Positions 24,312-34,319 are shown, counted from the stretch's first letter. The stretch is DNA of 64,000 nucleotides from an uncultured virus (IMG/VR IMGVR_UViG_3300029267_002644) (IMGVR_UViG_3300029267_002644), one strand, 5' to 3'. Notes: a model not told the origin generated them from the sequence alone. Made by a program: numbers and translations.

Positions 24312-24570
24312 TCTCACTCCATCTCAACAGGCTGTTCAGGGGGGACATGCATTAGCAGAGTTCCTCCTGAACATCCCGCAAGATTGGAATAACAGCACTC
24401 TCGTTTATCTTGGAGTTAATGATGAAACCCATTTACATAGATGGGCACATAAGCTGGACATTTATGATATTGACTTCAAGGAGTGGCGAGAACCGGATAT
24501 GGGTAATGAGTTGACTGCTCTTGCAGCTTACTCAGATGGACGCATTTTTAAGAATTTGAATTTGTTATAA
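24283..24570 (+). CDS. PTH2-like peptidyl-tRNA hydrolase
   Basis: MYILTRRDL...QQAVQGGHALAEF...TLVYL.V..E...WREPD..NELTALA. Confidence 0.7.
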   Translation: MKMYILTRRDLTPSQQAVQGGHALAEFLLNIPQDWNNSTLVYLGVNDETHLHRWAHKLDIYDIDFKEWREPDMGNELTALAAYSDGRIFKNLNLL

Positions 24571-24577
24571 AGTGTGA

Positions 24578-24652
24578 AGGCGTGTAGCTGAGTGGCTTTA
24601 GCAGCTGTCTCTAAAACAGCTTACGTGGGTTCGATTCCCATCACGCCTTCCA
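24578..24652 (+). tRNA. amber suppressor tRNA (anticodon CTA), Trp-like scaffold
   Basis: AGGCGTG/CACGCCT-TCCA, GCTGT-CTCTAAA-ACAGC, canonical D and T loops. Confidence 0.85.
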
Positions 24653-24765
24653 TTATTTTTTTGTACAACAAAAAGTCAGGGGGAGTCGAACCCCCGTCTA
24701 CTAGTATGTTTTCACCAATTAAACTATATACTTAGATAATAATATATATAGAAAGGTATTGAATA

Positions 24766-25434
24766 ATGAATAGTCGAATTATACTACCGTTAGATCATAT
24801 GGATTGGGAAAAAGCTGAAATGATTATGGAGATGACCCAAGGAATGGTATGGGGTTATAAGATTAGAAAAACCATTCTTGAGAAAGGTCTCTGTGTTATT
24901 CAAAAAGCAAAAGAATATGGCAATGTTATGGTTGATTTTAAACTCTATGATATTCCAAGTGCTATTGATGAATCTGTTAAATCTCATCTCGAGAGTGGAG
25001 CTGATATCACAACTGTCCATTGCACAGCCGGATATATTCCTGTACCAGTCCAAGCAAAACATATTGCTGGTGTAACGATTTTGACTTCTATGGGGTCTTA
25101 TCAATATGAAAAATATTACAGAGGAGCAATGGATTCAGTCATCAGGTCAATGGCTCTTGATGCTGAGACATTTAGATATGGATATGTTGTTTGTTCTGCG
25201 CAAGATTTAACTGGTGATGTTCCACTTCCTGTACATAATACAAAAAAGATATGTCCAGGAATAAGACCACAATGGTATCAAGAGAACGATGATCAAAAAA
25301 GAACAATGACTCCGAAAGATGCTGTTGAGGCTGGAGCAGACTTGCTTGTTATTGGTCGACCTATTTTGAATTCATCAGATCCAATTAAAGCGATTCAAAG
25401 GACGAATGAGGAAATAGAATCTGCAGAAAAATAA
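24766..25434 (+). CDS. pyrF: orotidine-5'-phosphate decarboxylase
   Basis: DFKLYDIP, VTILTS, CPGIRP, DDQKRTMTP..A...GAD.LVIGRPI. Confidence 0.9.
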   Translation: MNSRIILPLDHMDWEKAEMIMEMTQGMVWGYKIRKTILEKGLCVIQKAKEYGNVMVDFKLYDIPSAIDESVKSHLESGADITTVHCTAGYIPVPVQAKHIAGVTILTSMGSYQYEKYYRGAMDSVIRSMALDAETFRYGYVVCSAQDLTGDVPLPVHNTKKICPGIRPQWYQENDDQKRTMTPKDAVEAGADLLVIGRPILNSSDPIKAIQRTNEEIESAEK

Positions 25435-25469
25435 ACGATCGGATGTAAAGTCCGTTCGTTTATTTTTTA

Positions 25470-26429
25470 CTATGGTTCTGTTGTAGATCTCCTTGGATCA
25501 AGATGTTTGATATATTCAGAAAACCAGTATGTATCATATTTACCAGAACCAACTTCCTTAGCAATGTATTTACATGCATGGAATAATGGCATTGGTTTAC
25601 GATATCCTCTGGAATTGGATGTAAGTGCTTCGATACAGTCAATAATCGATACAATCCGGCAGAACTCACTGATACCCTTACCGGACTTACCGTGATAACC
25701 AGAACCATCTAAACGTTCGTGATGATACATGGCAACGTCTCTGACTGCGAAGTTGATTTTCTCGTTCCCAAAATCAACTCGTTCGAGAAGGACAGCACCG
25801 ATGACTGTATGAGCTCGCATGGCGGTGTACTCTTCATCGGTAAGCTTTCTATCAGACTTTAAAATCTCGTCTGGTATTTGAGTCTTACCAATGTCATGGG
25901 TTAGACACGCCAGTGCAAAGATTCTAGTCTTGCGTTTCGACCATTTCATATACATGGCGAAACTAATTCCAAGACTCATAACTCGAACTGAATGAACCAA
26001 TGTTGAATAATCCTTATCACTAATAGAAAGGACTGATTTCAACATTTCTATACTACTACCATCAATCAGTTCATCAACTAGAGCTTTGATAGCATCTACT
26101 TTTGCACTGATTATATCGTTTGGATCGCTGAAGATCGTATCCTCAGCAATATCCTTAATGAGCTTCTTGGTATTACTGAGATCCCCAGAAGCCAAATTTT
26201 CTCTGAGCGCTGAAGTCCAACTTTCTTTCAGCTCATTAAACATCAACCCCTCATGAGCTTTTTGAGCGTATAATACTGAGGGTGCCATTCCCTTTTTCAT
26301 TCGTTCTTGCAGTGGCCGGTCACCATCAGAGTAAAGAACATACTGACCATCATACTTTCGGTATAATGGTGTCTTGTTCAGGTACTCCAACCTGCGGGGC
26401 GGCACTACAAAGTAGAGAGAGTCACTCAT
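25470..26429 (-). CDS. HD-GYP domain protein (cyclic-dinucleotide phosphodiesterase-like)
   Basis: HSVRV...HDIGK..IPDEILK...KLTDEEY..MRAH...HHERLDGSGY...R.YRK. Confidence 0.85.
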   Translation of the reverse strand: MSDSLYFVVPPRRLEYLNKTPLYRKYDGQYVLYSDGDRPLQERMKKGMAPSVLYAQKAHEGLMFNELKESWTSALRENLASGDLSNTKKLIKDIAEDTIFSDPNDIISAKVDAIKALVDELIDGSSIEMLKSVLSISDKDYSTLVHSVRVMSLGISFAMYMKWSKRKTRIFALACLTHDIGKTQIPDEILKSDRKLTDEEYTAMRAHTVIGAVLLERVDFGNEKINFAVRDVAMYHHERLDGSGYHGKSGKGISEFCRIVSIIDCIEALTSNSRGYRKPMPLFHACKYIAKEVGSGKYDTYWFSEYIKHLDPRRSTTEP

Positions 26430-26600
26430 GATGACCTCCTTTCGTGTAGTTTGGACCGTCTTTGGAAAAGTATTAAAATACTTAGTTTATATATATAGTA
26501 CTAGGGACCCGGTTTGAACCCCTAGCACATTATACGAAAACAATATTTCTTTCTTAGTTATTAATATATTTAGAAAAACTATTTTTACGGACTAAAAATA

Positions 26601-26679
26601 CCCCGTGTAGCTGAAATGGAACAGCACCTGGCTACGAACCAGGGATGAGATGCAGGTTCGAGTCCTGTCACGGGGTCCA
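26601..26679 (+). tRNA. tRNA-Arg(ACG)
   Basis: CCCCGTG/CACGGGG-TCCA acceptor, CCTGG-CTACGAA-CCAGG anticodon arm. Confidence 0.9.
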
Positions 26680-26846
26680 TACAAAAAACAGGTGGGACTC
26701 GTCAACCCACCTGTTTTCACCATGTTACATTCACCAATTATTTTTTTACCTTCTGATATACAAATCTTCCGACTCCCACTATAAAAGCTAAACCGACTGC
26801 CACAATTATGATTCCGTATTCTACCCAGAAATCCATAATATCCTCC

Positions 26847-27080
26847 CTATGATAAAATTTGGTTTTGGTATTGGATCCATCTACCACACTTTGAGTGTGC
26901 TTCCAATACAACCTCAATTTCTGCAAGATCAGCCTTCTGCCACCACCCCTCTCGTATATGTTTTGTATAATTTCTTTTCCCATGAAAAACACATTCAGGT
27001 GGATTGTCTCCACATACGGGACAGTATGACATCAGGTTCATGACAAGCATCCGTTTATCTAGTTCGTCTGCTTTGCACAT
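26847..27080 (-). CDS. small Cys/His-containing hypothetical protein
   Basis: AAGGAG RBS on the - strand; CPVCG..NP.EC.FH. Confidence 0.5.
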   Translation of the reverse strand: MCKADELDKRMLVMNLMSYCPVCGDNPPECVFHGKRNYTKHIREGWWQKADLAEIEVVLEAHSKCGRWIQYQNQILS

Positions 27081-27408
27081 TATTTACTCCTTTCGAGGGC
27101 AGTGCTTACTAACCACCCTCGTTCGGTATCCTCAATCAAAGATCGATTTGGATCCATGGTGCTGCATGACCATAAAGACAGTAACATAAATAAGGTAATT
27201 ATTATTTTTGAGATGCTCATAGATCACCTCCAAGAATATAATTCCTTTCCTTCAGTTATTAATATATGTAGAAAAACCGATTTTACGGACAAAAAATGTA
27301 TACAATGCCCTGATCATTTATTAATATATGTAGTATCTGATTTTATCCAAAAAGAAATTTTTTTGTCAAATGGGAACATAATATAAATAGAGAAAGGAGT
27401 ATTATCGC

Positions 27409-27879
27409 GTGGACGTAATAATTGTTGCACCACATCCTGATGATGAAATTATTGGTTGCTATTCTGTTTTGAAAAATAGTAAACAGAAACCAATAATTAT
27501 TTATCCTGAGGAATTAGACGAAACAAGAAAAGAAGAAACTTTAGGAATCAAAAAGGTTTTCAATCTTAAAGCTCAACTCTACACTAGACAAGTCCCACAA
27601 ACTCTGATGGTAAAAGAGAATATCTTTTACTTTCCAGATCCCATTCATGAAACACATCCCGCCCACAGAATACAAGGAGCAATCGGTGAAACATTTGCGA
27701 GAAGCGGTCTTAACGTGATGTTTTATACAACGAATATGCAAGCGCCTTATATTCACGAAGTTGAGAATCCAGAGGAGAAAAAAGAAGCTCTCAATGAGTG
27801 TTATCCAAGTCAAGCTGATCTATGGAAGTATGACCATAAATATTTCCTCTTTGAGGGTTATTGTAAGTGGTTCTTCTAG
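27409..27879 (+). CDS. PIG-L/LmbE-family deacetylase
   Basis: VAPHPDDEIIG...HPAH...Y.SQ. Confidence 0.8.
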   Translation: MDVIIVAPHPDDEIIGCYSVLKNSKQKPIIIYPEELDETRKEETLGIKKVFNLKAQLYTRQVPQTLMVKENIFYFPDPIHETHPAHRIQGAIGETFARSGLNVMFYTTNMQAPYIHEVENPEEKKEALNECYPSQADLWKYDHKYFLFEGYCKWFF

Positions 27880-27911
27880 GTTTTTAAAGTCGATTTATAG
27901 GAGACAAATAC

Positions 27912-28151
27912 ATGACACAAAATATTTGGGTAAAAGTTCCACAAATGGGTAAGTTCCAAGCAGAATTAGAGGTAGTAGAAAGTAAAGATGACAAAAAATT
28001 AGTTAAAACGTGGCAGGGTATTTTCAAAGAATTTACAAAACATGAAGAAGGTTATTATGAAGAAACAGGAACATTTAGAGAAATCCCAGATGATTGGAAA
28101 TGGGAAGTTAGACGAGACAGTGTTCCAAGAAGCCTTAAAGCAGTGGGGTGA
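27912..28151 (+). CDS. hypothetical protein
   Basis: AGGAG RBS, 79 aa. Confidence 0.45.
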   Translation: MTQNIWVKVPQMGKFQAELEVVESKDDKKLVKTWQGIFKEFTKHEEGYYEETGTFREIPDDWKWEVRRDSVPRSLKAVG

Positions 28152-28368
28152 AGAAGCTCAGATACACCAATGTATTGAAGAGATGGGTGAAGTATTAGTT
28201 GCCTTTAACCATCTCAACAGAGGCAGAATTGAAAAAGGGGAATTGATTGAAGAGTTTGTAGATGTCTATATTATGATGTGTCAAATGAGATATATGAATC
28301 AAGAACTCTTCGATCAAATATATGAATTTAAAGTGAATCGTTTACGACAAAGGTTAGGATTACTATGA
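28042..28368 (+). CDS. MazG-like nucleotide pyrophosphohydrolase (start uncertain)
   Basis: WGEEAQ...IEEMGE...LIEEFVDV.IM..Q. Confidence 0.7.
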   Translation: MKKVIMKKQEHLEKSQMIGNGKLDETVFQEALKQWGEEAQIHQCIEEMGEVLVAFNHLNRGRIEKGELIEEFVDVYIMMCQMRYMNQELFDQIYEFKVNRLRQRLGLL

Positions 28369-29339
28369 GATTAATTTTTGTGCCGCAATATCCAGCAAAA
28401 CTCCGATATCAGGAGTGGTGGCTCACAGAATTTCCGAAACAATTTGAAAACTATTTTGATGAAGTATTCGTTCTTGGAAAAGATTATCTCAGACTTGAGC
28501 GTGAACGGTCAAGAGGTGATGAAGCAATGTTCTCACCTATTGAGCTTGCTATTGAATTTGAAACCCGTCTTATTAATGAATACTGTGGGATGCAATTAAG
28601 AAAAGACGACGTCTTATTTCACGCAGATTTGAGTTTTCCGGGGTTCTTTACGGGCGCTCTATATCATAATCCATGTCCACGAATGTACGCGTTTTGCCAC
28701 GCGTCTGCGCGCAATGCGTATGACTATTGGACGCCTGTCAGACCGAATAAGTGGAGAATAGAGTCCGAGCACGCGAAAATGTTTGACAGGGTTTTTGTTG
28801 GTTCAAATTACCATGCAAACAAGCTTGTGCGGCGTCCACACAGAATGTTAAATACAATGGTAACTGGTCTTCCAAACCCTCCATTTCATGGTCTACCACA
28901 ACCAAAAAAGGATCTTAGATTTGTAAGTGTATCTCGTCCGAGTGTTCAGAAAGTAAATGTAAAGTTAGAAAATGAAATCGAAAAGATGTTTGGGGGAATC
29001 ACAAGAACACCAGATATGCACCTTAAATCTTGGGAAGAATATTATCACGTTCTAGGTCGTTCTAAAATGATGCTAATTTCGAGTAAGGAAGAGACCTGGG
29101 GGTATCAAGTAATAGACGCTGTATTGAATGATGTGATTCCTATTGCGCCGAACAAATTTTCATATAGGGAACTTTTACCAAGGGAATATTTATATGATAA
29201 CTTGCATGAATTGGTTGATATTATTAGAAGAGTATTAGAATATGATGATATCAGGGTTCCTGAAATTTTAGCTCAACGAAGAATAGATACATTTTATAAA
29301 ACCATTTGTCATGAGATGATAGGGAGGAGAGGTTGGTGA
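28365..29339 (+). CDS. GT-B glycosyltransferase
   Basis: C-terminal SKEETWGYQVIDAV....IPIAPN..SY.ELLP. Confidence 0.75.
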   Translation: MRLIFVPQYPAKLRYQEWWLTEFPKQFENYFDEVFVLGKDYLRLERERSRGDEAMFSPIELAIEFETRLINEYCGMQLRKDDVLFHADLSFPGFFTGALYHNPCPRMYAFCHASARNAYDYWTPVRPNKWRIESEHAKMFDRVFVGSNYHANKLVRRPHRMLNTMVTGLPNPPFHGLPQPKKDLRFVSVSRPSVQKVNVKLENEIEKMFGGITRTPDMHLKSWEEYYHVLGRSKMMLISSKEETWGYQVIDAVLNDVIPIAPNKFSYRELLPREYLYDNLHELVDIIRRVLEYDDIRVPEILAQRRIDTFYKTICHEMIGRRGW

Positions 29340-30481
29340 GCAGACAAGGAACATTGAAGAAAGATTTGAACTTTGTTCAAATGAGCTTTGAAATGGCATT
29401 ACAAAGAAAAATTGAATATCTTCTAAAAAAAGACACACATCATTTTGTATATAATCATAGATTTTTTGATTTTATGCATACCCTTAAAGGTAATTATAAT
29501 TATCATAATTTGCATAGATTGTTAGATGAAACAATTCATTATTACTTTCGATTTCCAGAATGTTGGCGGTGTAGTATTGATCAACCACCAAGACCCAACT
29601 TATGTGGTTGTAAAGATCCTGGTTCGAAAACTAGCGAAATATGTCATTTGTATGTGCATTTTCGAGGGACTGCAGGAATAAAGAAAGCTCCTATTGTTGA
29701 AACAAGAACTGATCCTCGAAAACCATGGACGATAAAGTTATCAAGACCATCTATCCGTTTAATGCTTGATTTAGAGTTAGATTTTATTTTTAGAACGGCA
29801 GAATGGTTTCCTGGTATTATGCATCATCTTATAGATTATATGGATGATAGTAAAGGAGCTATTGCTCTTGTCGATCCCCTGTGGCATCAATCACATCATA
29901 GGAAAATGGAGGCCTGTGAAAAAAGAATAGATACATTAGAACGTTGTATTAGATCAGAGAATGATTCAATTAAAAAACAAGTGTATATTATAAAGCTATC
30001 GCGAGAACGAGAGCTTCTAACGAAATTGCAAATAGTTTCTCATGATCCACAACTTCTTAGATTGGTCTACGAAATCAATGATCGTGTTAAACTTGTTGAA
30101 TCAACTGGTGATATCAGTTATTTCTATCCTATGGATTTTGAAATTCCGACAAGGATGTCTAAACCAGAACAAACCTTAATGCAATATTTGGCAGTGTGGT
30201 ATCCAAGATCTTATATCTTTACAGGAAACGGGCATGGTAAACAAATAATTGGCGGAAAGAAGCCAGATTTTACATGGGAAAAGAAGAAAATTTGTATTGA
30301 TATTAATGGTGGGACAGGATTTATACATGGGAAGGATCACCCAATGTTAATTGAAGATCAAAGACGAATCGCTGCTTTTCGAGAGTTTGGATATCATATG
30401 TTGGTTGTTTGGGAACATGAACTGAAAGATCCTGAATCATTAAAACAAAGAATAGATCAATTTCATGAGGCGATAGGATGA
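29333..30481 (+). CDS. protein with C-terminal Vsr/DUF559-like endonuclease domain
   Basis: MSKPEQ...GKKPDF...CIDING...H...D..R...FREFGY..LVVWEHEL. Confidence 0.65.
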   Translation: MVSRQGTLKKDLNFVQMSFEMALQRKIEYLLKKDTHHFVYNHRFFDFMHTLKGNYNYHNLHRLLDETIHYYFRFPECWRCSIDQPPRPNLCGCKDPGSKTSEICHLYVHFRGTAGIKKAPIVETRTDPRKPWTIKLSRPSIRLMLDLELDFIFRTAEWFPGIMHHLIDYMDDSKGAIALVDPLWHQSHHRKMEACEKRIDTLERCIRSENDSIKKQVYIIKLSRERELLTKLQIVSHDPQLLRLVYEINDRVKLVESTGDISYFYPMDFEIPTRMSKPEQTLMQYLAVWYPRSYIFTGNGHGKQIIGGKKPDFTWEKKKICIDINGGTGFIHGKDHPMLIEDQRRIAAFREFGYHMLVVWEHELKDPESLKQRIDQFHEAIG

Positions 30482-31014
30482 GTTCTACAAGTCCATACCA
30501 AGCGTTCTGGAACTGGTGTTTTGACAAAAAACCTCATTCACCAATTCCAATGCAAGATGTGTTATTAAAATATAACTCCCCAATAACACAACAATTTTTG
30601 TTAAAGTCTTTCGTCCGTCATGCGAGGTTGAATCATTACTTAAACAAATGGATTAACAACATTGGTGTATATTATATTGAGCGAGAAGAATTATACTTAT
30701 TTATTAAGAAATGTATCCAGGATTTCAAAGTCAAACGAAAAGAAATTCAGTTTGTACCATATAAACCAAAAGAGGCTCTTGTTGAAAAATTAAGAAAGAA
30801 ATTTCCAACATTAAAAGTATATGATGTTGAATTGTTGTCGGCTAAAATTCAAAAAAGTAAAAATCGAGATGCAATTTATAGTGCGCTTGGGATGGAGAAA
30901 CCAAAGAAGTCAAAACTCAAAAAGAATCGTCGTAAAAAGAAGAAATCTTTAAAAGCATTTCTTGCAGAAAATTTTAACACAGTCAAACTCAAAGCAAGCG
31001 AGGTTAAACTTTAA
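30478..31014 (+). CDS. hypothetical replication-module protein
   Basis: 178-aa ORF coupled to the polymerase gene. Confidence 0.5.
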   Translation: MSSTSPYQAFWNWCFDKKPHSPIPMQDVLLKYNSPITQQFLLKSFVRHARLNHYLNKWINNIGVYYIEREELYLFIKKCIQDFKVKRKEIQFVPYKPKEALVEKLRKKFPTLKVYDVELLSAKIQKSKNRDAIYSALGMEKPKKSKLKKNRRKKKKSLKAFLAENFNTVKLKASEVKL

Positions 31015-34000
31015 TGTTTAGCATTAAATCTTCATTTGCAGATTGTTCAAGCTGCGCTCTCCTTGATGCTCCTTCCTGTATTCTTGAAACTAATTGTAAA
31101 AGTGATCTATCTAAAGTAGATGTGGTTTTTGTAAGTGAGAATCCAGGAAAGAATGAGATCAAACGAGAAATTCCATTAATAGGAAGAGCAGGTCAGACTT
31201 TCCGTCGTCATTTTGATAAGTACGTTAAAAAGAATTGTAACTGGTTATTGACAAATTGTGTATTATGTCTTACTCTGGATGAAGAGGGGAATACAGGAAA
31301 TCCAACAAAAGAAGCCATCGAACATTGTAAGATTAATTGTTTTGAAATAATTAAACAATGTGATCCAAAGTTAATTGTGGTTATGGGAACAAGTCCGATG
31401 ACAGCATTTGGAATTGCTAAATCGGGTATCACAAATATTAGAGGACAAATGTTTAAATGGGAAGGATATGATGTTTTATTGACTGTCCATCCCAGTTTTG
31501 TGAATCGTAATAGAAATTTTGCGAAAGATTTCGAGGAGGACATAAAAATGGCTGCAGTCTTTCTAGGTGAGTCATTTGATAGAGATGACACGAAAGAGAT
31601 GAAAGTCGAAGAAGGCAAGAAGGGTATGCACCGGTACAAAATCCCAGATAAATTTTATACTGATGAATATCGACTGGTTGATATTCAGTATCTTACAAGA
31701 GCTGGTAAAATCCTCTATATCTTTAGAGACAAGGATAATAAGAAAGTATATCACGAAGAAAGTGATGATTATTATTGTTATACAGTTCCATCCAATGTCC
31801 CAGCAAAAAAGATTGTACCATATGATGAGTTAAACCAAATTTGTATTCCATATAAACAGAAAGCAAAGCTTGATCCAAACATGACATATGAAGGTGATAT
31901 GAAGTTGACAGCAAAGCATGCAATGGATTATTACCATTTCAATAAGGGTGAAGCAGAGACGTCTTGTATGAATGTCATGTTCTGCGATATTGAGGTTGAT
32001 ACAGGAGATAGCAGATCTTTTCCGCAACCAAAAGAAGCAAAATACCCAATTAATATGATTACGTCCATTTTCCAGGACCAACAAAAGAAAATTACATATG
32101 TCTTGGATAATAAGACAGAAAAAATTAAACCGATTGATGGAGTTGAGTTTAAAATCTTTACAAATGAAAAGAAGATGTTACTCCAGTTTATTAAAGATTG
32201 GAAGGAGTATGATCCAGATTTTGCAACTGGTTGGAACTTTATCTCCTTTGATATGGAGTATATCTACAATCGGATGACAAAGATAAAACTTCAACACAAC
32301 CTTATGTCAAAATACGGAGAATTTTATGTTGATAGCTTTAGATTCTCTTGTAAGGTTGCTGGTTGTGTAGTATTAGATCAGGACCATTTGTATAAATCTT
32401 TCACATTTACAAAGATGGAGAATTATAAGCTCGGTTTTATTGCTCAACATGAACTAGGTGTTTCTAAAATTGATCTTCCGTTACCAATGAATGAAATGTA
32501 TTGGAAGATGTTAAATTTGACAATTGAATACAATGTTCGCGATACAGAATTGTTGGAGCAATTGGATAATAAGCTCGGTCATATTAATCTCTTAAAAGAG
32601 CTGAGAGAAATTTGTAAAGCAAGTTTTGATTCTGCTGCATCTGGTTTTGGTCAGATTGATTGTACTATGATCTCATTCTTAAGAGATAAGGGTCTAGCAT
32701 CTAAGAATTCAGACCCACATGTTCATAAAGAGAAATATCCTGGAGCATATGTCCAACCTCCAGTTCCTGGTGTATATGATAATATTACAGACTTTGACTT
32801 CACATCTCTGTATCCGTCAATTATTATGACGTATAATATTGGTGTCAATAACTTTGTAATGAGAACTAAAGATCCAACTGATGGTTTTGACCTTGCATAT
32901 CATCCAGAGAAATTAGATGATATGATTGATATGGTTATTGATCCAATGTTTGAGAATAAAAAGGTCAAGGTCAAAAAGAAAGATCTTCTTAAAAAGATTA
33001 AAGATAGTAATTTAATCCATACAATTAATGGCTGTTTTTATAAAACTCATGGAGATGAAATGTCTGTTTATAGTCAGGTATTGGAGCATCTCTTGAGTGC
33101 AAGACGAGCATATAAGAAAAAGATGCTCGATGCAAAAGGTGAAGGTGATAAAACCACAGCTAGTTTTTATAATACAAAACAAATGGTTTATAAGGTGTTG
33201 GCGAATACTCTATATGGTGTTGTTGCAAATAAAGCATTTCGATTCTTTGACGTGGGGTGTGCAGCAGCTATTACGCTTGGTGGACAAGAGGCTTTGAAAT
33301 ACTCCATAATTGAAGGTGACGCTTTTATGCAACATTTATTTGATGGAAAGCCAGTTGTTCATCCACCAGAAATTACTAAAAGAGAAATGTACTCAGAAAA
33401 GATGCCAGATCGTCAACCGAGGTTCATTGTAACTGGTGATACTGACTCCATCTTTTGTTGCTTTCAGGAGTTTAAGGGCGAGAAGTCTGATGAACAAATA
33501 AAAGCATGGTGCGACCAAATTCAAGATTATTTGAATAAAGAGATTATGGCTCCGATTGTTAAGAGACATAATGTCCCAGTTGAGTTGCACAAATTAGATC
33601 TTAAAAATGAGTTGATTATTAAACGTGGTCTATTTCTTGCAAAGAAACGTTATGTTATTAATGTTACAAATAATGAAGGTCGTGTTGTTAATGAAACTAA
33701 GTTTATGGGTCTGGAAGTTAAGAGATCTGATTATCCTTCTGCGAGTAAGCAATTTATGAAAGATGTTGTTGAAATGATTATGGAAGCAGATAAAGTAAAA
33801 CTTCCAATTATTTATAAATTCATTGCTCGTAAAGAAAAAGAATTTATGAAACTCATAAGAGAAGGAAGTAAAACTATTGCCCGACCAGTTAGTTATGGTA
33901 AGAAAATGAAAGATTACAAGTCCATTCCTCAAGGTGTTAGAGCAATGGAAACATTTAATGCAATTTCTTATCGCGCTCATACTGTTGGAGCAAGAGCTTA

Positions 34001-34247
34001 TATGTTTAGAGTGTCTGGAATAGATACAACAAAGGCTCCACCTGAAGTTGTAGCAAATTATGATAAATTTGTGGCTAATGGAGGGAAACTCCAAGTTGTC
34101 GCAATACCAGATGAAGAACCAAGACTCCCGGAATATTATGTTCCTGATGTTAAAGGAAACTTGAAATTTGCATTCGAGGACAGATATAATTTGTTATTAC
34201 AACCATTAATGGAAGTTAAAAAGAATGAAGGAGTTTTGACGATTTAG
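31014..34247 (+). CDS. family B DNA polymerase with N-terminal family-4 uracil-DNA-glycosylase-like domain
   Basis: UDG4: CSSC, ENPG..E.....PLIGRAG, TNCVLC, HPS. Exonuclease: DIEVD, GWN...FD, YNVRD. Polymerase: DFTSLYPS, K..AN..YG, GDTDS, KKRY. Confidence 0.92.
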   Translation: MFSIKSSFADCSSCALLDAPSCILETNCKSDLSKVDVVFVSENPGKNEIKREIPLIGRAGQTFRRHFDKYVKKNCNWLLTNCVLCLTLDEEGNTGNPTKEAIEHCKINCFEIIKQCDPKLIVVMGTSPMTAFGIAKSGITNIRGQMFKWEGYDVLLTVHPSFVNRNRNFAKDFEEDIKMAAVFLGESFDRDDTKEMKVEEGKKGMHRYKIPDKFYTDEYRLVDIQYLTRAGKILYIFRDKDNKKVYHEESDDYYCYTVPSNVPAKKIVPYDELNQICIPYKQKAKLDPNMTYEGDMKLTAKHAMDYYHFNKGEAETSCMNVMFCDIEVDTGDSRSFPQPKEAKYPINMITSIFQDQQKKITYVLDNKTEKIKPIDGVEFKIFTNEKKMLLQFIKDWKEYDPDFATGWNFISFDMEYIYNRMTKIKLQHNLMSKYGEFYVDSFRFSCKVAGCVVLDQDHLYKSFTFTKMENYKLGFIAQHELGVSKIDLPLPMNEMYWKMLNLTIEYNVRDTELLEQLDNKLGHINLLKELREICKASFDSAASGFGQIDCTMISFLRDKGLASKNSDPHVHKEKYPGAYVQPPVPGVYDNITDFDFTSLYPSIIMTYNIGVNNFVMRTKDPTDGFDLAYHPEKLDDMIDMVIDPMFENKKVKVKKKDLLKKIKDSNLIHTINGCFYKTHGDEMSVYSQVLEHLLSARRAYKKKMLDAKGEGDKTTASFYNTKQMVYKVLANTLYGVVANKAFRFFDVGCAAAITLGGQEALKYSIIEGDAFMQHLFDGKPVVHPPEITKREMYSEKMPDRQPRFIVTGDTDSIFCCFQEFKGEKSDEQIKAWCDQIQDYLNKEIMAPIVKRHNVPVELHKLDLKNELIIKRGLFLAKKRYVINVTNNEGRVVNETKFMGLEVKRSDYPSASKQFMKDVVEMIMEADKVKLPIIYKFIARKEKEFMKLIREGSKTIARPVSYGKKMKDYKSIPQGVRAMETFNAISYRAHTVGARAYMFRVSGIDTTKAPPEVVANYDKFVANGGKLQVVAIPDEEPRLPEYYVPDVKGNLKFAFEDRYNLLLQPLMEVKKNEGVLTI

Positions 34248-34319
34248 TATGTAACTAATGCGCAATGCAACGCAAAAGTTAGAACAAATAATAAATGCGA
34301 ACTTTGAAAGGAGTATAGT

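Larger units (their letters stand above)
26556..27297. repeat. 44-bp imperfect direct repeat (26556-26599 and 27254-27297), probable - strand promoter
   Basis: AGTTATTAATATAT(T/G)TAGAAAAAC...TTTACGGAC(T/A)AAAAAT; 39 of 44 positions identical by manual alignment; each copy lies upstream of a - strand ORF. Confidence 0.7.

Noticed and set aside
24578..24652. tRNA-Pyl
   Set aside because: It has a 5-bp anticodon stem and canonical D and T loops, unlike tRNA-Pyl; no pyl genes are seen.
31014..34247. Intein in the polymerase
   Set aside because: The extra length is explained by the UDG domain; no C/S...HN splice motifs or LAGLIDADG blocks were seen.
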